Part shown: positions 12,841 to 21,888 of the stretch, in pieces
Layout of the letters: every line of letters starts with the position of its first letter
How positions within the stretch are numbered: position 1 is the first letter of the stretch
Source: Dirinaria sp. TL-2023a
Taxonomy: Eukaryota
Length of the DNA: 32,109 nt
Reading direction: 5' to 3'
NCBI GenBank assembly: GCA_051941275.1
Contig: JAVEBF010000085.1
Location: forward strand, 1-32,109
Position numbers and translations under genes: made by a program
Notes under the pieces: model-generated
Databases searched by the model: none
Seen by the model: only the letters and a program-made list of their open reading frames with translations
Told to the model about the DNA's origin: nothing

Positions 12841-13900
12841 TCATAGTGACGCTCTATTTTCTGCCTGTAGGATAGCGTCAGCTACGATAGGTTGGGGTGT
12901 CATATCAGAACTTACATCGGCGAGCCTGATCCCTCAGGTTAGAAGATTGACGTCGAGGATTAAAAAGCGGACAAATTCTGTACACGAAGTCACAATCTCA
13001 TCTGTGTTAATGTCAAATTTTGCTCGAAGCCGTGCTTGCTCTATCGAAAGTATAGTTGCATTTGAATCAACTCAGATGTAATGCTGAAATTCGTCTAAAT
13101 GAAGCACAATCTCGATCATGAATCGAGCTTCAATGTCAGACGCGATGTAGAGAGTATTGTAAATTGTGGCGGCATGAAGAATCAGCACGATACGTCGATC
13201 GAAAACTTCGAATCTCGTTGCGATCTAGATTAGCTATTCGTCGAACGCGTCGCTGCTGAATGTCATCGAGTGATGATGCGTCGGTCGAATTCAGTTGTGC
13301 TTGCATTCAGTCGTCTTTCAAGCTGATTGCGCTGAGCGTAATTCAAATAGTGATTCCGCGGAGATTGCATTTCGTGTGCGTGTCGTTGTAGTCACTGACG
13401 TGAGCGAAAGACCTCGTAATGGTCAGTCGTGGTTCTAGGAGCGTTGGATGAGGTCCTGAGAATCTAGAGTTGTTCGGCAGCAGAGGCATTGCTCATTGAG
13501 CGTCAACTGCATGGATGCAATCGAGATGGAACAGGTGACTGCAGATTGTGGGACGCACAACGCCGACGTCGAGACTCTGAATAGATCTCGGAGTCTGTCG
13601 TTCATTCATAATATTATTCGAAAAGAAAAAGAAAAAAAAATCGATCAGAAACGCATGTACGAAATTCCTGCGCTGAATCGCCGCTCAAGCGATGGCGAGA
13701 GACGGACCATTCTGCTCTATCTCAGAAGTAGTTTTTCTTCTGTCGCTTGAGACTTCTTTTTTGATCTGCAGTCGATGTCTTGGACTCCTTGGCTGATTTT
13801 AGAATGCCACGATTAGTAAGAACGAAGTAGAACGTCGATGACGCGGACAGCTGTGTACTTTGTAGTACTCTTAAACTTGTGATTGGTTCTTTTGACTCAG
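12841..13900 (-). pseudogene. RING-H2 zinc-finger (E3 ligase-like) gene relic
   Basis: Minus strand at ~13545-13474 reads CSHLFHLDCIHA, then after a frameshift LTLNEQCLCCRTTL, i.e. the C-x-H-x-F-H-x2-C-I...C-P-x-C-R half of a RING-H2. A stop-interrupted frame continues to ~12841. Confidence 0.6.
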
Positions 13901-13979
13901 TACGGAGAGTCACAATATACTGGGCGGAATCCAGTTAGCATTTGCAGTCGATGTTGAGCCTGTAGCCTATGTTCAGCAT

Positions 13980-15150
13980 CGAATTCACGTAAGCTGGGGA
14001 TGATTCAATCACGATGATAATTCTGTCTCGGGAAATACATCATGATCGTCATTTGAGTGTTGATTCTAAATCTTGAGACTCCCTCAAGCGCTCATTCTCC
14101 AATTTCCAATACTAATATAACTCTGGGAAGGGTGATATATTTTGATCGATTCGCTAGAGATTTGCTCTCCATGATGCGTAGAATGAACCCGGAGAGTGTC
14201 ACTGGCGGACGCCTCAGTGTTGCATGATCGACTAGTATGTTGGAAATAATGAGGCACTTTTCTGTCATGTGAGACGACTTTTTCGATAAGTTTTGCGAAT
14301 AGTAAGAGGTCGGGCACTGATCATAGGTGTCTAGTATCTTTTCTCAGGTAGTTTCATAGAGGATCTCGTAATTATTCTCGTCGCGCTGCAAGCGCTTTTG
14401 ATAGAGTCTCGTGTCAAGCATGACATCGCCGATGTGCACAGCTATTGAAAATAAACTCAGACGAATGAACTGATTATCGAGTTTCTCAATCCATCATTCT
14501 TTATTGCTTATTGAGCTGATGGGAAATAAGAGAGGAGTGATGGTTCGAATGATTCCACAGATCACGAGCAACAATGGAGAACAGATTTTCAATATCTCTA
14601 AGGTAGGTGAAATTTCTTAGATAAGATATCCATGAAAAACTGCTGAGCTGAAGGAATAGAGGTGCGAAAGCATCACATTTGATGCACTAAAACATAGCGA
14701 CCCCATCCAAAATGTTCAAGGAGCTTTTCCTCCTGATAACCAAATTTCCTGCTCAATGGTACTAAACAGTAAAGACAAATTAGAAGATTCGATTGCCTTC
14801 GTTCGTCCATCATACCACGAGATAGAAATTCCTCGTCCTGCATGACGGGAAATTATTAAAGACGTAGACTGAGAGCGAGTTCTCTTCAGCGGCAGAGATG
14901 GACTCGCGCGTTTACAAAAGGGGCAGCCACCCACAAAGGGCAGAGCTTCTCATGCTGTGCCAACGCGTTACCTTTATCCCAATTATTCCGTCGTTGATCT
15001 TTCATTCGATTCTGGATTTGAGGTCTGTAGATTCGAGAAATGGACACAATCTGGGACTTGTGGCCGTTCGTTGCCATGGTCTCTTTTTCCTGAAAGCGTC
15101 AGCGCGAGTGGGAATGAGCTTGAAAATGGTTGTGAAGGCTAGCTGATGAC
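13980..15150 (-). pseudogene. Degenerate ORF, unidentified
   Basis: Long protein-like frames interrupted mostly by TGA or TAA (e.g. ...HA*HETLSKALAARRE*LRDPL*NYLRKDTRHL*SVPDLLLFAKLIEK...). The true frame is ambiguous. Confidence 0.35.
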
Positions 15151-15499
15151 GACACGTACATAAGTTCGAACGTATTTACTCTCTATTTTCTCTGAATTTT
15201 CTTTTTCATCCTTGACTTTTGAATCTTTGTTTTTTCTTCGCCTTTTTCTTCTTCTTGGTCTCAGAATTCGTTTGTTACAGATCTTTCGTGCTTGAGTCGA
15301 AAGTATCGATTCAATTTGAGTTTAAAAGAATAAGCAAACATTATAAAGTCAATTATAAATGCATTTAAGCTCATCTCATCGATTTATGCCTCCGATCCGT
15401 GCCAATCAATATTCTTTGAGAGATTCAAAGAATTCGTTTTTGACATATGAGTGCAAGATAAACTTGATCTCTAATAGCGTTTGGCTTTTAATCGCCGCA

Positions 15500-16240
15500 A
15501 GAGATCCAATTAACTTCCAAAGAAGCGACTAGTCGTAGTGGAGATCACATATGAGAAGAAAATAAGTGAAAGTACGTGAAGGTTCTTTCTCCTGTAACGC
15601 GCCCAAGAAGACCCAATGCTAGGTTCAACTCATGGATCATCTTTTGGGAACTTTTCAAACAGAGAAGCAAATTCTCGTCTAGCGGCAAAATAAGGGAGAC
15701 CTAAACTCCTATTTCGTAAGAGTGGAGTTCTGGTTGAAACAAATGAATATTTTGATACATCAAATATCTGTTAAGAATCAAGATTAGATTGAGCTGAAAA
15801 ATTGCTGTGGCTCAATGAATTTGCATTGCGGAGTAATTCTTCGTAAGCCTTGCGTATGTGTCAGATATAGCCTGCAAGACCGATCGAAACCGGATTTAGA
15901 CTGCTCTCTGCCCTTTCTAGCTTGTCTGTTGTCGAAGCAGAGTTCAGCTCCAAAGAAAAGATCAATGTCTGACCTATATAGAGAACGATTTCTTCCGACG
16001 ACATGCTCATCAGAGCATGGTACAAAAACAACTAATTTGTTGAACCCATAGTACTGTGCAGCGAGGAATTAGATCTTGCGTCACTGAACTCTTAGCAATT
16101 TTATCAGAGGCCGAGTAACTCCAGATTACGATATGTGTCACCCTGACTGACTCTGCATCAAACCATCCCTTTGCGATGGGACACCAAAACTCTTTCCCTG
16201 GACCTTTTTATCTTCCTGAGTTTAAAGTAAAGCATTTCTC
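15500..16240 (-). pseudogene. Fungal HNH-endonuclease-like (HNH_2 type) gene relic
   Basis: Minus strand ~16192-16127 reads EFWCPIAKGWFDAESVRVTHIV, followed after a frameshift by MGSTN*LFLYH. This fits the recalled WCPI...AAHIVP...NGLxLH pattern of fungal HNH proteins. Confidence 0.45.
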
Positions 16241-16247
16241 ATCTGGG

Positions 16248-16272
16248 TCAGCACGTTTGACAAACGTGCTGA
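16248..16272. repeat. Perfect palindrome, 12-bp arms with 1-nt spacer
   Basis: TCAGCACGTTTG-A-CAAACGTGCTGA. Confidence 0.9.
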
Positions 16273-16650
16273 TGATATATATTCCAGCATCAGCGCTAGT
16301 TTAATGATTAAGTTTGTTTTCTTCGCCGCGGAGAACAATATGAGAATAAAATGACGTTCCGTAAAGGGATATATTATTTATATCGGCTGACCGAGCAGTG
16401 CTAATCAGAAAGCTATCAGTTGCTGGATGTATGGGCTATAAAGTCCAAAATGTATGAGCTACTTCAAGTAACTTAAATGCGAAAGATCAAAGTTTGAAGG
16501 GAAATTCATAAGAAAAAGAGTAATTTCTTTATCAAATAATATATAAATTATTGCGTTGTGTTGAGATCAGTCTTGATGCAAAAATAAAGTTGTTGACTAT
16601 AAGTAAAGAGTAGAAAGAAATTTCATTCGTATTTCGTTTTACGCTACTTC

Positions 16651-16817
16651 TGTCATGCGATGGGGAGAAGGGAGGGGTCCCCGGTCCCCGAGCGCATACC
16701 AAGTCCTAAGATATATAAGTGATAATAGTAGTAATTATTCCAGTTAGAATAATTACTGTAGTCTCTTGATCCAGGTAAAATAGCAAGTACTATTACCCTT
16801 GACTAGCCGGTTTTACA
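16651..16817. mobile_element. Solo-LTR-like short insertion
   Basis: Begins TGTCA and ends TTACA, with an internal TATATAA box and an 11-bp hairpin (AGTAATTATTC-cagtta-GAATAATTACT). It retains G and C runs, unlike its flanks. No matching 5-bp TSD. Confidence 0.4.
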
Positions 16818-17023
16818 CATAATTTTTGTTTTGTTCATTACTCAAATCGAAATCGTGATCTCGTGAATCGTCATGTCGATCGATGACATTAAAATGATTT
16901 GATGAGTTCAGCGTCATGGTAAGTAGATTTTCATTACTCGTCTACCTCTCACCTTATGTCATGATGAATTACTATCAAAAAGCAAAAGAGAAGAGTCAAC
17001 ATTGCGAGCATTTATATGAGCTG

Positions 17024-17130
17024 AAAATAGATTCTGAGCACGCCTCGATTCGAACTCACGCCACGGAGAAACTCCGGGCGCAATGCTGTTAGACAGCAAC
17101 AACCTTGCATTTTGCACCAAATGGGATCCC
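17024..17130 (-). other. tRNA-like / Pol III-type structured element (pseudo-tRNA or SINE head)
   Basis: A-box-like TGGTGCAA (17119-17112), B-box-like GAGTTCGAATC (17057-17047), two hairpins between them and a downstream TTTT. No proper acceptor or T stem. Confidence 0.3.
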
Positions 17131-17299
17131 TCATTCAGAATGGTATTATTGTTATATATATTAACAAAATTTGTTCGACAGAGAAAGTCTTGACTTTATT
17201 TTGATTTGCTGAGCTAGCGGGGGAAGAAAGCTGTGTGTTTAACTTTTTTAGAGATGAACGAATAAAACCACGACCGTTCGAACCATCAGCTGGAATATC

Positions 17300-19900
17300 T
17301 GGTGATACGCTAGATAGCACAACAAGTAGATCAACTCGCTGAATGTTTGGTGCGCCAATTCGCTATTTGTCAGTCAAAATTCGCTTAAATGGAAATTTTT
17401 TGGAACTGTTTGACGGCTGGTTCGAAACACCTAACAGCGTGGTTAGTCATGCTATGAGAGATACGTAATATAAGCTGCTCGAATCTGATGAAAGAATTGT
17501 TTTCTTTCGACCTAAGTTGCGAGAACTTAAAATTAAGTGACGACTTTCGTTTTGAAATATCATCTTTGCTGATTTTATGCGAGCATATTTATGTTCAGAA
17601 TGAATCCCATAGAGACATTTCCATGGATTCGACAGTGCGCTTGGTCTGATACGAAGATATTAGTGCTTGGTAGGATTCAAATCTGGAGACTTCGCATTGA
17701 TGCTCAGATCCCTTAAAGTTGATACTGTACTTGGCTAGCTGATGTAGTGGTTGAAAAACTCTTCGAGTTGACATGTTATATCGCCGAGAGAGAGGCTTGC
17801 AAGTTTATTGTAATGTTTGGTGGAGAACATTGAACATTCGTGTTGAAAGTTCTCTACTGCAGCATGGCTACGACCCTGAAATTTGCTAATGAATCCAATG
17901 AATATTGCAGAACTCATTCATAACGCGCTCTGTATCTTATGTCGATGCCCATTATGAGTTCAACGATGTCCATAGTCTGGATCGACTTGTGAGAAGCCTT
18001 CTAGTCTCGTTGAAAAGATAGTCCACAACGAAGCGAACATTATGTGGAAGCTGAGAAATGCGGCTTGGAAGACTTAAAAATTGATCGTGTCCAGATTGCA
18101 GAGGGATGCCAAATGGTGCCCTCATCTTCCGAGAATTTTGTGCTCTGCGATATAGACTAGATCTCTGCTTCGCCGAGGAAGTGTCTCAATTTCTCAGTCC
18201 AAGGTCAATCTCTTTCTGCCGGAGCAAGAAGGAAGCTTTATAAATAAGGTCGATGCAAGAAAGATCTTGAAAGTGCTCTCAGCCGTGAGCAGTTTGCTGC
18301 TTGTAGTCCTTGTTCCCATGATTATATAGAAAAATTATTTCATGTCAAGAAATGCTGATGGAGATTTCTGGCAGGAAAATGATGGATTTCTTATTCCAGA
18401 AGTGATACTAAGGTCAGGTGAGCGTTAGCGAGACATGTCTTGTAAATATCTTGTGCAGAGACCACAAGTAACCTCGTGATCATAGAAATGAGTAAGAAAG
18501 AGTCACTTCTGGTCTCCTCATAAAGATGCGACCTTCCATCCATTCCCTGAAAAAAGGGGAAGAAATACGACAAGTACCGCATAAGAGTCAGCTGGGCTCC
18601 GTACTCATCCTGAGAATCATAGCAGTATCTCTGATCAAGTGATGCAGCTCTCGCCAGCGTCGATGCTGTCTATGAACCAACAACGAAAGCAAAAAGTAAA
18701 TCAATCTCGCTATCGACGATGAGAAAAGAAGTATTTTGGACTCGCTTATACAGTTTCTATCGTATCCTAGATATGAATGAAGTGGTGGTATCTGTTCAAG
18801 CCGATATAGTCTTCAGGAACATCTGCGGACTCAAGAAATTAATGACATCGTTGTAATAGAGTATATCTTGCCGATCATCTTTAAATTATATATAAAAATT
18901 TCTCCACATGTCTTGAACTAGCAAAGTGTTTTCGTACTTCGCTCCTTGGTCGAGATCAAGACTTCAGTAGCCAGCGACTTTGCTGCCCTTTTCTTACGAT
19001 AAGTTTCATCGATTCAAGATGGTCGTCGTGAGAAGTAACGAATAGCAAGTTTCGGCGATTTGTTTTCTTATTGCAGTGACTTTCTGAATTCATCCTTTCC
19101 TCTAATTCTTGCGTTATGATTGTAAATGCTGCTTCGCATTGCTCTTCAAAGTCTGCGATATAGTTCTTCGAATCGATGAGATTCTATAAACTCAATCTGT
19201 ATCTTCTGCTTATAGAGTTTTTTTCGATATCTCCTGATGCGAGTGCCTCCCAAAACCAATCTCCAAGCAAGAGCCTCTTAAATCGCCCTCTGAGACTTGA
19301 CGAAGCTTGAGATCAGCGCCTTGGGTCCAGAAAGCTTTGTACTTTAGCATACAACCGTTCACCGCTTTAAATTTGAATGAGGATGTGGAAGTGAATCAGC
19401 ACGGCATCAAATTTTCTTTGCTGGCTAGTAAATTATGTCTCTCGGGCGAACCTCGAAGCCTCAACAGTAGTATATCATAGATATTGGAAATGTAAGGAAG
19501 TCTGTTAGACTGTCAAATTAAGTCATCCACAACTTGGTTCCTCTGGTTCGTTTGTAAGGCATGATGGTAAATCATCCTTGATGAATTCTTTTGTTCTGCT
19601 ACTCCGTGTTGTGATGTTTGTCACCACACAGGCCGCGTCCATGGTTGGATTTGCTGGCATGGCTTTTACCACACATTTAAAGCTATGAGTTGTTGTGCAG
19701 CAGCCCCTTGCACTTAACACAAATTTTGCATGTTCCATTTGAGATCGGCTCTGGCTCTCTTGCTGGCGTTGTTAGCGACCTCTAGAGCACTATCCTCCTC
19801 TTCGGTATTTGAACTGGAATAGACATTTCACGGTGGAACAATCGCGATTGAGCTGAGGACTAGCAGAAGAGCGGATGCTTGAGACAAAGACCGTTATATC
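17300..19900 (-). pseudogene. Heavily degraded, probably multi-exon gene relic(s), unidentified
   Basis: Minus-strand branch/acceptor signals (CTAACAG at ~19505; GCTAAC..CCAG at ~19775) and protein-like fragments (LLLGDWFWEALASGDIEK; NYIADFEEQCEAAFTIITQELEE) broken by stops and frameshifts. Confidence 0.3.
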
Positions 19901-20200
19901 TATCAGTTTCATCGAGAAGCCATTTGTCCTTTGTTCGACTCTTTTAGGCGTATTTGATCGAGTAGAAGATTGAAAAAAATCGAGCATTTGTGAGAAATTT
20001 ATAGTTTACGAATTAAACGAGAACACGATATGTAAATGTGTGAGACGAGTTTTGACGTAAGAGAATGATTTACGTATAGACTTTCGCGGAAAAACTGAGT
20101 ACAATTTTCGAGACTTGAGATGGTTCTCAGCGTTGAAATGTGGTGGCAGCTTTTGGTGTGATTGATGAGTTGGTTCGATATGACCTCGTTTGATAGTCTT

Positions 20201-20860
20201 CTAACTGCACACCTTGGCGAATTCCTGTACGAGCTCCTGTGTGGCGTGAAAATGTTAGCCATTCGCCCCCGGCAGTATCAGAATTAGTTTACCTCAAAAT
20301 CACAGTCATCCATACTACCGAATACGAGATCTTTTCCCAGCTTCTTCATGGTCACTCTCGGACTCGATATGCCAAAGTCAACTCTAGCCAAGAAAATAGG
20401 ATCATCTCGGACGTCAGTAGCATTCAGTATAGCTCTGAAATTGAGGGAATCGATGCGTCCACTGCGCCTTGCTCCCTCAGCTTGCGAGAACGTTACAGGC
20501 TAACCTGTTGCGCAGTAGCTGCAATGTCCACAACCGGTTTTTGGGACTGATGCCTCATCACCGAAGTGTTTCGCGAGGGCATGGCTCAAGCAACTATTCG
20601 CTGTGATCACATTGATGACTTTCTGAATTTTAGCCATGTCATCTTCCTCTTGCTTCTTGAATTTGGTATTTATTAAAGTAGCCACTTTGTCTTTGTATCT
20701 TTCGCTCTTCTCGAAATTCTTCAATAGGCGAAAGCGATGTATAACACCGCTTGGTTGTAGCTCGATGGTTCCCGAGTCATTCCAATCTTTCAACTTTCTA
20801 ATGGCATCTGATCGGTCGAAGAATCGGAACCTGCGAAACCTCCCTCTTTTGCAACCAACG
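20201..20860 (-). pseudogene. 3' fragment of a fungal RecQ-family helicase (Zn-binding and C-terminal region)
   Basis: DRSDAIRKLKDWNDSGTIELQPSG...CLSHALAKHFGD...CGHCSYCATG*PVTF...RDDPIFLARVDFGISSPRVT...VFGSMDDCDFE, then a GTAAAC...GCTAAC...CAG intron and ELVQEFAKVCS*. There is an in-frame TAG at 20500-20502, and the helicase core is absent upstream. Confidence 0.75.
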
Positions 20861-21888
20861 ATAAAGTAGGTTCTAACTAGCGGGATCGGGTAGACATGCA
20901 GTGTTCTCGACAGGTAAGGCTGTATTATGGAGAATAACGGGTACTGTACGTAGAGCGCACTTCCAGCACATAAAAGAGTTTTCTAGCGCTACAGGCAACG
21001 CCAATCCTATTAGACGCCAACAACATCTTCGTAGGGTGAGCGCCACCTCAAAGCTCCGCGAATGTACATGATCCCGGATGGTGCTGCGTAATGCTAGGTA
21101 AGTGCACTTTTTATAAAGGGGTCAGCTACTACCTGATTTCTCTCTATCGGAGACTGGATCAGCAGATCTTTCGGAAGTAGAGAATTCGCAGTCTATAAAT
21201 TTATCGTGAGTCCTCGCAGGTCTACCAAAAAAGCGGCGTTACAATCACCATCTTGACATACCGTACAAGGTCCGATGGCGAGAGTACTTCAAACTGCATA
21301 GATGTGTTCAATGGAGTTGGGAACGACTTTACGAGGGACCTTGAGAACATGCGAAGCCCTCTTGTCGCGCTTTTAGACTTCCTCAATCCGCTGAAAACCG
21401 CACTCAAGAAAGATTACTTGGTCCACCTACCCACTCAACCCAGGTATCAGCGGCGTATGTAGAGGAAGTAGTTGGTACTTAAGATAGCTTTTTATCCCTC
21501 GTATTGCTTAGACCGTTATGCCTAGACCTACGTAGTTGCTTGCGTTGTCGACGTGGCTATGACTAAGATATGATTGTCGAAAATTCTATTATTAAGGTAT
21601 CGAATGCACTTCGTGGAAAAATTTCAACTTTGTTTTTGAGAGTTTCCGACACTAAAGCTGAAACATCGAGCTTCCACATCCTCGAAATCACAAGAACTCT
21701 CCTCACAGTAGACGCGCTTCCCGTAGGAAACCAGATCATAATATTGAACTCGTTAATGACGACTGTGTAAGTTCTTTAGGTTTATTTTGCTTCCAATGGC
21801 GAAGATCCCAAGGAAGTTTTGGATTGGTCAGAATACAGTCGTACTGAAATATTTGGGTTTTAGAGCGTTACATTTCTGGATGCAGTGG

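Larger units (their letters stand above)
11075..20110 (-). mobile_element. Hypermutated multi-gene block, probable relic of a large repeated or mobile element
   Basis: Patchy AT-rich, CC/GG-depleted, TCGA-rich sequence containing several co-oriented stop-riddled frames. No transposase, recombinase or termini recognised, so mobility is inferred only. Confidence 0.4.

Noticed and set aside
14084..14317. Possible DUF6604-like segment
   Set aside because: Resemblance is limited to a few residues, and the flanking translation does not fit.
17036..17125. Functional amber-suppressor or pyrrolysine tRNA
   Set aside because: No acceptor or T stem can be formed; kept only as a tRNA-like element.
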